This document shows, one piece after another, positions 1-7,795 of a stretch of DNA of 64,000 nucleotides. Location of the stretch: IMG/VR virus record IMGVR_UViG_3300033067_001382, positions 1 through 64,000 of that record; one strand, given 5' to 3'. This DNA is from a virus. Taxonomy: Duplodnaviria; Caudoviricetes. The notes below the pieces were generated by a model. The model ran no database searches. It saw only the letters and a program-made list of their open reading frames with translations, and was not told where the DNA came from. The position numbers and the translations under genes were made by a program. Within the stretch, counting starts at the first letter, position 1. Each line of letters begins with the position of its first letter.

Positions 1-784
1 AGGTATCGACGTGCTGGATCAAGTCGCTTTTGAGGAACTGCTTGCGACGATAGTCGATGATGATCTGCGGGTCGAAATGTAATCCTTCAGTCCGAGTCAA
101 CGCGGCAGTCATCGACAAAGCTTGCCGAATCTCGTAGGTAGTCAGCCCTTTGAAAAGAGGCAACGAATCAGCAGGAACCACCATCTCGGTTTTAAGGGGT
201 TCTTGACCGGGCTCGATTGACTTGCGCTTGGCAGCCTTATTGAATCCTTCGCAGGTTTTTTCCACCAACTCCGCCACCTCAGTGGCGGAAGGACCCTTGT
301 CGAAGATGACTTCGATGTAGCGCTGAAGTTTCTCAGGTATGTACTTGCGGGAGCCGACGAAGATGAGAAATTTGCCGGAGAAGACGTCCTGGTTGGTCTG
401 ATGGACGACGTTCAGCACCTCACGAACCTCAGGTGTGCCGCTAAGGTGCTTCTCGCTGTCAAGAATGAAATAGAAATTGGGAGACTTGGGACTGGTCTCC
501 GCCTTGAAGATTTCCCGCATGGCGGTCGTGAACATCACCGTCGTCGGAGGTACAGCCAACGGCGCAACTCCCTTTTCAAGGCCCGCGAAGTAGTCCTTGA
601 CTTTGACCAACCCCATCGTGCTGTTGTAGACGAACATGTTCTCTTGACGCTGGGGAACTGCCGCAAGGAACTGCTTGAGAAAGCGGTCTTCCTCGTTGGT
701 GACGTAGTAAATGAAGCTCGTGTACGCCTTGACGTGCACGGCGAGCTGTTTGTCAAGCTTCTTCTTTTCCTGCGCGTCTGCCAT
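1..784 (-). CDS. Ycf46-like AAA+ ATPase, N-terminal part (runs off the left edge; not in the ORF track)
   Basis: Hand translation from ATG 784 (GGAGGAG upstream) is open to base 1: MADAQEKKKLDKQLAVHVKAYTSFIYYVTNEEDRFLKQF...FYFILDSEKHLSG...KFLIFVGSRKYIPEKLQRYIEVIFDKGP...IIIDYRRKQFLKSDLIQHVDT. This resembles the Ycf46 N-domain pattern (YPLIYIVTxEExR; LKDFH; IPxEL; Kxx.I.xSG.LE). The Walker motifs would lie beyond the edge. Confidence 0.75.
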   Translation of the reverse strand, partial: MADAQEKKKLDKQLAVHVKAYTSFIYYVTNEEDRFLKQFLAAVPQRQENMFVYNSTMGLVKVKDYFAGLEKGVAPLAVPPTTVMFTTAMREIFKAETSPKSPNFYFILDSEKHLSGTPEVREVLNVVHQTNQDVFSGKFLIFVGSRKYIPEKLQRYIEVIFDKGPSATEVAELVEKTCEGFNKAAKRKSIEPGQEPLKTEMVVPADSLPLFKGLTTYEIRQALSMTAALTRTEGLHFDPQIIIDYRRKQFLKSDLIQHVDT

Positions 785-804
785 TCGTAGTCTCCTCCGC
801 TCCT

Positions 805-811
805 CTACACC
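805..811 (-). promoter_or_regulatory. GGTGTAG motif about 20 nt upstream of the AAA gene
   Basis: One of five copies of the (TTC)GGTGT(A/C) motif that sit 10-27 nt upstream of replication-module starts. Confidence 0.4.
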
Positions 812-819
812 CCAAAATG

Positions 820-852
820 ACGAAGCCCCGAAGTAATACTTCGAGGCTTCGT
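820..852 (-). terminator. Strong hairpin between the DUF1257-like gene and the AAA gene (terminator or processing site)
   Basis: Minus strand ACGAAGCC-T-CGAAGT-ATT-ACTTCG-G-GGCTTCGT. It pairs fully, with a G-U pair, only on the minus strand and is followed by CATTTT. Confidence 0.6.
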
Positions 853-872
853 ATGATACGGTCAGAAGACAG

Positions 873-1199
873 TCAGACTGCACGGCAGAGCAGGACAATG
901 TTGCCCTGCTCATCGGTGAACTGGTTCTGCACCTGGTGGCCCTGGTCTTGGGCCTCTTTCAAGAACTTCGCCAGTGAGTAATGCTGACGAAGCAGTCCCA
1001 GCTCGGACGCCTTATGGTAATCACTGTCACCAACAATTACGCCCGTCTTGAGGTTGATGGAGAAATTCTGGCGACCTCCACCCTTGTTCACGTAGAGGAC
1101 ATCGTCCTGCTCCGTGAAGGAGAGCTTGGCGTTGGTGAGCGCCGCAATGGCGATCGACTTGTCGGTCATTTCGGATTGAACGGTTACACGGTGAGACAT
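873..1199 (-). CDS. DUF1257/Ycf35-like protein (108 aa)
   Basis: Start placed at ATG 1199 (AGGAG upstream): MSHRVTVQSEMTDKSIAIAAL...RQHYSLAKFLKEAQDQGHQVQNQFTDEQGNIVL. This matches the DUF1257 pattern MSH.T......D...L..AL / Q.Y....+...A...G..V......G.I.L. Confidence 0.72.
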   Translation of the reverse strand: MSHRVTVQSEMTDKSIAIAALTNAKLSFTEQDDVLYVNKGGGRQNFSINLKTGVIVGDSDYHKASELGLLRQHYSLAKFLKEAQDQGHQVQNQFTDEQGNIVLLCRAV

Positions 1200-1233
1200 A
1201 CGATTGGCTCCTATTGGATTTGAGGAATGTTCA

Positions 1234-1413
1234 TCATTCCGAAGTGATTTCGTGGACGGGCCCACACTCCGGGCCAATCTCTTCGTCAGAGAGTGTGGTA
1301 CCCAGCTTCTGTGTGACATTGTAGATTGAAGAACAGAGGTGCTCGCCACGATCAACGACCTCGACGACTGTTTGCCCGTCCTTCTTGATGACGACCTTGT
1401 ATTCCATCCCCAT
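1234..1413 (-). CDS. DUF2997-like small protein (59 aa; below the ORF-track cut-off)
   Basis: AAGGAG RBS, then MGMEYKVVIKKDGQTVVEVVDRGEHLCSSIYNVTQKLGTTLSDEEIGPECGPVHEITSE*. Pattern I..DG.V.+EV....G..C...T..LG; lies next to DUF1257-like and Ycf46-like genes. Confidence 0.7.
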   Translation of the reverse strand: MGMEYKVVIKKDGQTVVEVVDRGEHLCSSIYNVTQKLGTTLSDEEIGPECGPVHEITSE

Positions 1414-1437
1414 ACTCCTTCTGCGTGTTCTCTGTTC

Positions 1438-1444
1438 TTACACC
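1438..1444 (-). promoter_or_regulatory. GGTGTAA motif upstream of the DUF2997-like gene
   Basis: Same motif, about 25 nt before ATG 1413. Confidence 0.4.
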
Positions 1445-1445
1445 G

Positions 1446-2039
1446 TCAACCACCCAGTTTCACCCGGCCCCCCGGCTTTACGATGGGTGCATCTGACGGG
1501 GCGGGGGCTTGCCATGCGACCTTGCCCCCCGGTTTCGTTAGCGGAACCCCGCCTTGCAGCATTCGCCCCGGCTGTGCGGGGGTGTTCATCAGCAGCAGAT
1601 TCCGATGCAAGGTCGTCGAAGGTACCTGCTCTGTTGCCTCATCTGAAGGAGCTTCGGTCGGGTCCGGTACCACCAGTGCAGCGGCTGGAATTGGAGCAGC
1701 TTCTTCCTTGACCGACGCCGGAGCACCTTCGGTCGAAACCCCAAGGTCCGGCATATCCCACCCTGAAGTTGTCACGGAACCCAGTGATGGTTCAACCATG
1801 AAGAACTTCTGTGCCTGAATCTTACCAAATCTAGGATCCGAGGGCTCCATCCGAGGAACCTCGGTGAAGAGTCTTTCCAGCCATGTTGAAACTCGCTGGT
1901 CGAATCCGGCAGTCCCGTACTGACTTCGGGTACACTCCGGCTGCTGGCAACGACTACAGAACTGCTCACCAAATTGGTCAAGCGGAACCGCATACTCGTT
2001 GCACTCTTTCAGGTAGTCTAGTCGGCGCTTTTCAGGCAT
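1446..2039 (-). CDS. Hypothetical protein with N-terminal Cys cluster and Pro/Ala-rich linker
   Basis: 197-aa ORF filling the gap after polA; CX14CX2CX4C near the N-terminus. Confidence 0.75.
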   Translation of the reverse strand: MPEKRRLDYLKECNEYAVPLDQFGEQFCSRCQQPECTRSQYGTAGFDQRVSTWLERLFTEVPRMEPSDPRFGKIQAQKFFMVEPSLGSVTTSGWDMPDLGVSTEGAPASVKEEAAPIPAAALVVPDPTEAPSDEATEQVPSTTLHRNLLLMNTPAQPGRMLQGGVPLTKPGGKVAWQAPAPSDAPIVKPGGRVKLGG

Positions 2040-2057
2040 CTCTCTAGAAGGGTCGCA

Positions 2058-4916
2058 TCAAAGGTTTCGCTCCCGAAGGTACTTTGAGAAAGCCTCCGGG
2101 TTGACCAGGATACTCAATGCCGGGTCAACTAAAGTGTTGCCGTAGGCGTCCACCACGTGGAGGATGTGTCCCTTGACCTCGTCTTCGGTATCCACAATTG
2201 CCAACCGAATGGTCTTGATCGTGTTTTTTGTCAAGATGACAATCGGCCGAACGAAGACTTCTCGTTTGGGTCCGTCTGTTGGCACGGGGATTGTAGACTT
2301 GGGTTGCGATGGAGTCGAGGCCTCAACCGCCGCGGGAGGAACCGAACCGGAGCTGGTGTTGTACCGATTCTCAACGCCCGGCTCTGGCTTGGTGGCAATC
2401 TTGCCGGTCCATTCAGGACAGACAAAGGATTCCAACCACTCCGGTACCCGATGGTAGACCCTATCTCCCACTCGGATCTCGTAGCTCTTGAGCTTCTCGC
2501 CTTCCTTCTGGGCCTTCTGTTCACCATGGTGGATGAGTTCCCAGTTGACATTGGCATCCCAGGTCCTGCCGATCAGCGGCTCGGTGACTAGCGGAACCGG
2601 CCAATCCTTGACCATTCGACCGGGCGCAGTCATTCCATCAACAATGACCGGAACGATCTCGCTCATCATCGAATCACGGACCTCGAAGACAATTTCGTCG
2701 TGCACGCTAAGGAGCAGACGAACGTCCTGATTCTGAATCCAACCCCGACGGAAGAACTCCTTGTGGAGGAGCACCATCGAAATCTTCATGATATCCGCGC
2801 CAGCTCCCTGAACCGGGTAGTTGATCGCGTATCGCTTGGCGGCTGACTGGATCATCCGATCTTCGGAGTCGATCTCCGGGATGGCCATCCAGCGGCCAAA
2901 AGCGCTATAGACACCCTTGTTGGCCGTGACAAAGTGATGCTGCTTCTTTACCCAGAGGGAGAAAGTCGGGAGAGCCTTGTCGAAGGCTGCCTTTCGGCGA
3001 GCGCCTTCCTGCTCAGAGCAGCCCGTCGCACGAACAATCGCTTGTGCCCCACCCCCGTACACTAGCGCGAAATTGGCCGTTTTTCCCTGCTGCCGTTCCT
3101 GCTTAGTGACCTCGGGCTTGTTGAAGAAGGCCCGAGCAGTAATGCTGTGGAGGTCTCCGGTGCCCTCCATGAACTCCTTGATCCAGACCGGCTCCTTGGA
3201 AAGGTTGGTGACGACGCGAAGCTCTTCGGCCGCGTAGTCGACCTTGACCATCGTGTAGCCCGGACGGGCGACGAAAATCTTCCGAAGGCTAGTAGCGACC
3301 TTCGGCTTCTTGTCATCGTAGGTCGCCGGAATACCGTGGATCGGAACCCCACCGAAACCATGTTCCGGTTGCCCGGCGGGAGCGGCGAATCGTCCGGTCG
3401 GTGCTCCGGTCTGCTTGAACTGGACTCGGATCTGGTCTTCCTCATCGCAGTTGTCACGCAGGTTCTCCAGGTAGGTCCCGATGACCTTGTCGATCTGGCG
3501 GAACTTGACGAGCTTGCCGAGGATAGCGTTGTCCGAGTTTTTCTCGAACAGGGCTTCCAACGTATCGGCGTCAGTCTTGTATTGGCCGCTCGCTTCATTG
3601 CGTTCAGGTTTCGGAGTAAGGTCGAGCCACTTGTCCGAGAAGAGGAACTCGGACAGCTTCTTGGAACTTCGGAGGTCGAGGTCCGGGTAGCCGCGGGCGC
3701 GGGCGATGTCTAGGATCTCAGTCTCATAGCCCTTAGCCTCGGTACCAGCTTCCGCGAGCAACTCGATGACGTACGCCTTGTCGATCTTGACGCGATTGCG
3801 CTCGACGACGCGAACCACCTGTGCAACTTGCTTTTCCAGGCGGTAGGTGTTGGCGTACTTCTTGTCTTTGTAAAGTTTCTGTGCTTCATCCCCATCGCAG
3901 ATGAGATAGGTGCAGATAGCATCGGAACACGCGTAGTAAAGACCCTCTTCCGGGGTGAGCTGGTCAAAGTGGATCCCCTTGCGCCCTTGGATAAACAACT
4001 CCTTGAGTTCGATCATCTCGTACGGGACTTGCTTGCTCTTCCAGAGCTTGGGGTTGTCCACGGGGTAGTCGTGCGGCCACCATTTCCGAGCGCGCTCCGC
4101 CTCGATGGTGGTAGTGAGTAGCTCGCGTGACTTTGCCTTGAGTCCAAGATTCTTGTCGTTGCTGTACTTGCAGTAGTACAGTAGGTTGCCATCTTCGAAG
4201 CTGTCCGGGTGCCACCAATCGAGGCCACAAACAGGGAAGAGAAACTCTTGATCGAACTTGGCATTCCAAAAGTAGATGATCACCTGAGGCTTCTCGGCAA
4301 TCATTGCCGAGGCCAAGGGGTCCTTCCTTAGGCCCTCTTCGGTCAACTTGGGTTGAGAGGCCAAACAAAGTCGACGGATCTCTGCCTCCACCTCATCGTT
4401 GGGTAAGTTAACTGATTCCGCGGGCTTATGTCGAACCGGAACGTAGTAGCCCGTCTTGCCGTCGACCGAGAGGCAGTAGCCAACGATCTTGTGTCGAGTC
4501 TGGGGTTTACCGTCTTTCCAGTCGATGCGACTGTCGAGACCTTGAGTTTCAAGGTCGAGTGCGCAGCGGCCATGTTTCAACGCATGATCGACAATACTAC
4601 GGAGCTGTTCGATGCTGCTGACCAGCACGAACTGGTGGTTCTCCATCCAGGGCTTCCGGATGTCCGCCACCGAAGCGTCTCGGCTGAGACCCAAAGTCTC
4701 CATGAACGTGGAGGGGTCATCCCCGTCATCGTCTTCATAGGAGGCCGGCGGGGTAGAGATCGCCGCGATGCTGACCGGGATCGGAGCAGGAGGAGGTGAG
4801 GACGGGGCCTTCGACCCAGTGTCGACCCCCGTTATGAAAGACGCGGTATCGTCGTCCGAATCATCCATTGAGAGGTTAGTCGTAGTGTCAAGATCGTCAA
4901 GAGATTCTGATGTCAT
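2058..4916 (-). CDS. polA: Family A DNA polymerase with 3'-5' exonuclease; no 5'-3' exonuclease domain
   Basis: ExoI ALDLETQG, ExoII FWNAKFD, ExoIII YACSD; TGAPTGRF; motif A DYAAEELRV; motif B RQQGKTANFALVYG; motif C VHDEIVFE. Confidence 0.96.
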   Translation of the reverse strand: MTSESLDDLDTTTNLSMDDSDDDTASFITGVDTGSKAPSSPPPAPIPVSIAAISTPPASYEDDDGDDPSTFMETLGLSRDASVADIRKPWMENHQFVLVSSIEQLRSIVDHALKHGRCALDLETQGLDSRIDWKDGKPQTRHKIVGYCLSVDGKTGYYVPVRHKPAESVNLPNDEVEAEIRRLCLASQPKLTEEGLRKDPLASAMIAEKPQVIIYFWNAKFDQEFLFPVCGLDWWHPDSFEDGNLLYYCKYSNDKNLGLKAKSRELLTTTIEAERARKWWPHDYPVDNPKLWKSKQVPYEMIELKELFIQGRKGIHFDQLTPEEGLYYACSDAICTYLICDGDEAQKLYKDKKYANTYRLEKQVAQVVRVVERNRVKIDKAYVIELLAEAGTEAKGYETEILDIARARGYPDLDLRSSKKLSEFLFSDKWLDLTPKPERNEASGQYKTDADTLEALFEKNSDNAILGKLVKFRQIDKVIGTYLENLRDNCDEEDQIRVQFKQTGAPTGRFAAPAGQPEHGFGGVPIHGIPATYDDKKPKVATSLRKIFVARPGYTMVKVDYAAEELRVVTNLSKEPVWIKEFMEGTGDLHSITARAFFNKPEVTKQERQQGKTANFALVYGGGAQAIVRATGCSEQEGARRKAAFDKALPTFSLWVKKQHHFVTANKGVYSAFGRWMAIPEIDSEDRMIQSAAKRYAINYPVQGAGADIMKISMVLLHKEFFRRGWIQNQDVRLLLSVHDEIVFEVRDSMMSEIVPVIVDGMTAPGRMVKDWPVPLVTEPLIGRTWDANVNWELIHHGEQKAQKEGEKLKSYEIRVGDRVYHRVPEWLESFVCPEWTGKIATKPEPGVENRYNTSSGSVPPAAVEASTPSQPKSTIPVPTDGPKREVFVRPIVILTKNTIKTIRLAIVDTEDEVKGHILHVVDAYGNTLVDPALSILVNPEAFSKYLRERNL

Positions 4917-4947
4917 GCAGCCCTCACGGAGGATATGACACCGAACC

Positions 4948-5373
4948 CTACTCCCGAACTACGATAATGTAGTTGCCTTCGCGCCAGAGCTGGATAACGG
5001 TTGCCAAGCGCTCCCTGACAACTTCGTCTTCTCCTCCGGCGGGCTGAAAACACCAGGGCATCTTCGGGTGCGTCGGAACGCACTGGCGAAGGTCGAAGAG
5101 CTTGCAGGTCTTCCGCTGATTACAGACTTGGTCAATCAGAGGCAACTTCCGAATGGCTAATTCCCCATTGAGTCCTAGCAACTTGACTAGCGGTAAGGTG
5201 TACCCCCGAAGGGCGGCTTCCATCAGATCCTTGTCCACTTTGGTCAAGATGGAACCCGCCGGATTCTTCTGGAGGGCAGCCCACTCGCCTTCCCACTCGC
5301 CTTCCTTTTCGTAAATGAGGTAGAGCCGCAGCTCACCCAACTCCTTGGTGGCGATCTTGAGTTGACGGGGCAT
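4948..5373 (-). CDS. Hypothetical Cys-rich protein (CX5CX7CX9C)
   Basis: 141-aa ORF coupled (TAATG) to the primase zinc-finger gene. Confidence 0.75.
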   Translation of the reverse strand: MPRQLKIATKELGELRLYLIYEKEGEWEGEWAALQKNPAGSILTKVDKDLMEAALRGYTLPLVKLLGLNGELAIRKLPLIDQVCNQRKTCKLFDLRQCVPTHPKMPWCFQPAGGEDEVVRERLATVIQLWREGNYIIVVRE

Positions 5374-6023
5374 TAGTTTGACCTTTCCTTCTCGCCTATC
5401 TTATCAAGGATTTGTCGCATCTGAGCCTTGAGTGCCGGCGGGTCTCCCAGTCGTGAATCCAGGTGGTACCGGATACGATCTAGTAACGAGCCGATTACCA
5501 AGTAGCCTTGCATCGCAAAGGCATGCTTGGCATGCCGGAGTCGGGTCTCACAGGTCCGGTAACTTTGCTCCAACTCATCAAACTCTCGGGTATCCGGAAC
5601 GACACGCTCGCCATAGCTTCCTGGCTCGGGACCCTCCGGTACCGACAGGGCAAACTCCTTCTCAAGTTGGAAGAGCAGAGCGGTGAATTTGGTGTCTTCT
5701 TGACCCTTGAACTTCTTCCAAAGAGCAAAAATGTCCCATCGCTCGTTGCATACGAAGCACCAAACATGTGACCCACTCCGAGCATCACTCGGGTAGACAC
5801 GGGCCGAGGGTTTGGTGTCCTCACCGTGGAATGGGCATGAGAATTGCTCCTCATGGTCATCTCCGGCTTGGCGGAGGTTGACTCCGAAATGCCGTAGAAT
5901 TTGATGGGCCGAAATGGCATCCCGGGCCACCGCGATGCGGGCTCGAACCCACTCCCGCATGACATCGTTCCGCTCGTTTTGCTCTTGACCTTCCCGTAGG
6001 AAGTTGCGCTTCTTGTCGGACAC
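5373..6023 (-). CDS. CHC2 zinc-finger (DnaG-type primase Zn-binding domain) protein without a TOPRIM domain
   Basis: FSCPFHGEDTKPSARVY...VWCFVCNERWDIF matches the CHC2 signature. The remaining ~100 aa look helical and show no TOPRIM acidic motifs. Confidence 0.85.
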   Translation of the reverse strand: MSDKKRNFLREGQEQNERNDVMREWVRARIAVARDAISAHQILRHFGVNLRQAGDDHEEQFSCPFHGEDTKPSARVYPSDARSGSHVWCFVCNERWDIFALWKKFKGQEDTKFTALLFQLEKEFALSVPEGPEPGSYGERVVPDTREFDELEQSYRTCETRLRHAKHAFAMQGYLVIGSLLDRIRYHLDSRLGDPPALKAQMRQILDKIGEKERSN

Positions 6024-6038
6024 TTGGGACCTCTAACT

Positions 6039-6075
6039 AGAAGGGGCCCTGAACCTTACGGCTCGGACCCCTTCT
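6039..6075 (-). promoter_or_regulatory. GNRA-tetraloop hairpin upstream of the primase zinc-finger gene
   Basis: Minus strand AGAAGGGGTCC-GAGCC-GTAA-GGTTC-A-GGGCCCCTTCT; the wobble pairs favour the minus-strand RNA; no U-tract. Confidence 0.55.
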
Positions 6076-6081
6076 CAAAGA

Positions 6082-6267
6082 CTAACGAAAATATTGGTCG
6101 TTGTATTGGCGTTCCGCATCGATGTAGAGACGGCGGGCCTTCGTGCGACTGCGCTCCTCCACCCAAGCTCGAACTTGTCTCTCCACCAAGATAGCAATGA
6201 CCCCAGGGCTAACCAGGGAGGCGACGCACCCACCAATCGCCCAACCCTCTGCTACGGTAAACAACAT
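6082..6267 (-). CDS. Small hypothetical membrane protein (61 aa)
   Basis: Hydrophobic N-terminal stretch (WAIGGCVASLVSPGVIAILV) followed by a basic tail; preceded by GGGGA and a GGTGTAG motif. Confidence 0.55.
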   Translation of the reverse strand: MLFTVAEGWAIGGCVASLVSPGVIAILVERQVRAWVEERSRTKARRLYIDAERQYNDQYFR

Positions 6268-6293
6268 AGGATAGGAATCCCCTCTTCCGTGCT

Positions 6294-6303
6294 CTACACC
6301 GAA
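6294..6303 (-). promoter_or_regulatory. TTCGGTGTAG motif upstream of the 61-aa gene
   Basis: Same motif, about 27 nt before ATG 6267. Confidence 0.4.
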
Positions 6304-6307
6304 TGGC

Positions 6308-7795
6308 TTAAGTGGCCCAAGGGGTGTCTGTCAAACTAATACCCGTCATCTCTTTGCCGATGCTTCGACGGTCATCAACCGAGATACCTTGACCATCGCT
6401 ACCCGCGAACGGATCTAGATTTTTGATATAGCGGCTGTCGAAGTTGACCTGCGCGTCGAAGGGGTTGAATTGCGGGTTGTCTCGATTCTTGAGGTTGCAG
6501 AACCGAGTGGTCTTATTGGCCCGATGGTCCGGATTGAGATAAGTGGTCGTGATGATGTCCGCCGAACGCTCTGCTTCGTTGGCGTACGCGAGCGCCTTCA
6601 TCTCATACCGACCTTCGTTCTTGTTGGCTTCGTCTTTGCCTTGACGATTAATCTGAAATAGCAGCAGGAGCGGAATAGATTCACCGTGGTTGAAGTGGAG
6701 CGCCAGCTTCTTGAAGTCACGGATGACGCTGTTCAGCTCGACTCCGAAATCTTTGTTGCGCTTCTTTTTTCGGGGCTCTACGAGACCGCCGTGGTCAACC
6801 ACCAAGAGACCAATCTCGTTGTTCTTGTGCTGGAGTTCTGCCTCCATTCGGATGTCGTCGGGCGAGACGTCATCGTCCGGAGCCCAGACATCGAAGTGTC
6901 CGTAGTCCGGATTGGTGCAGAAGTCCTCGATAACGATCTGGAAGAACTTCTCTTCTTCAGGAGTCAACTCGCCGTCACGCACCTTGCGGTAGTCGAGGGG
7001 TTTGTACCCCTGTAGTTCCCACTTCTTGTTGGTCGTGTGGATCGTGTAGATCAGCTTCCGGATGTGCTCGTACTTCATCTCCAGCGAGGCATAGAAGACG
7101 TTGGTCCGGTAGCGGGTTATCAGATTGTAGCACCACGTTGTGGCAAACGTGGTCTTGAGTTCTCCGGCATAGGCCGCGTGCATCCAGAGTTCGCCGCGCT
7201 TGATGCCGTGGCAAATCTTGTCGATCTCATTAAGGCCTGTGAACTTGCCCCAAGTGAGTCCCTTGTTGTTGCGGGCCTGCTCGTATTCCTTCCAGACCTG
7301 CTCACCGTCGGCGCGGAGGTTACCTCGAATCTGAGTGCTAGTCTCAGAAGTGATGAGCGTATTGGCACTTAAAGCGAAGTGCTTGAGACCATCTCGGACA
7401 CCACGCTTGACCTCACCCTCGATGGTGAGCCCCTTGTGAATGATGTCCTTGCTCTCCTGGAGGAGTGCGATGGCCTTGAGCTTGTTCTGGTCGTCGACGA
7501 GCTGGCTGACAAGGTGAGTGAAGTTGGTTCGGATATACGCCTGAGCGGACTCAATGTCCTTGAGACGCTCCATCGTCTCTTGGTCATTCTGCTTTTCGAA
7601 GTAGTCGACGATGGTCGCCTTAGCAGGTACCTCTAGGCGCGTGTGGAAGTACGTCTTGACAAAGTCGAAAACCTTCTTGTCATCCGGCCGAGTCCACTCC
7701 AATCGCGAGATGATAAGCTTCTGGAGATTCGCACACAGGTTGTCCTGGGTGATAGACCCATCAAAGTCAAGAATAGAGCGGAGAACTCTTTTCAT
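6308..7795 (-). CDS. dnaB: DnaB-like (SF4) replicative helicase
   Basis: TGLNEIDKICHGIKRGEL; atypical P-loop AAYAGELKTT; LLVVDHGGLVE; LLFQINR; ERSADII; KNRD. Confidence 0.88.
   Translation of the reverse strand: MKRVLRSILDFDGSITQDNLCANLQKLIISRLEWTRPDDKKVFDFVKTYFHTRLEVPAKATIVDYFEKQNDQETMERLKDIESAQAYIRTNFTHLVSQLVDDQNKLKAIALLQESKDIIHKGLTIEGEVKRGVRDGLKHFALSANTLITSETSTQIRGNLRADGEQVWKEYEQARNNKGLTWGKFTGLNEIDKICHGIKRGELWMHAAYAGELKTTFATTWCYNLITRYRTNVFYASLEMKYEHIRKLIYTIHTTNKKWELQGYKPLDYRKVRDGELTPEEEKFFQIVIEDFCTNPDYGHFDVWAPDDDVSPDDIRMEAELQHKNNEIGLLVVDHGGLVEPRKKKRNKDFGVELNSVIRDFKKLALHFNHGESIPLLLLFQINRQGKDEANKNEGRYEMKALAYANEAERSADIITTTYLNPDHRANKTTRFCNLKNRDNPQFNPFDAQVNFDSRYIKNLDPFAGSDGQGISVDDRRSIGKEMTGISLTDTPWAT

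Noticed and set aside
401-790. Track ORFs 401-790 (+) and 535-756 (-)
   Set aside because: They overlap the real Ycf46-like reading frame that starts at 784 and runs off the edge.
5280-5303. 12-nt tandem duplication encoding EGEWEGEW
   Set aside because: Only two copies, in frame; no sign of a contingency locus.
2058-7795. Possible inteins or introns in PolA or DnaB
   Set aside because: The catalytic motifs appear contiguous at normal spacing, and no intein splice-junction or LAGLIDADG motifs were seen.
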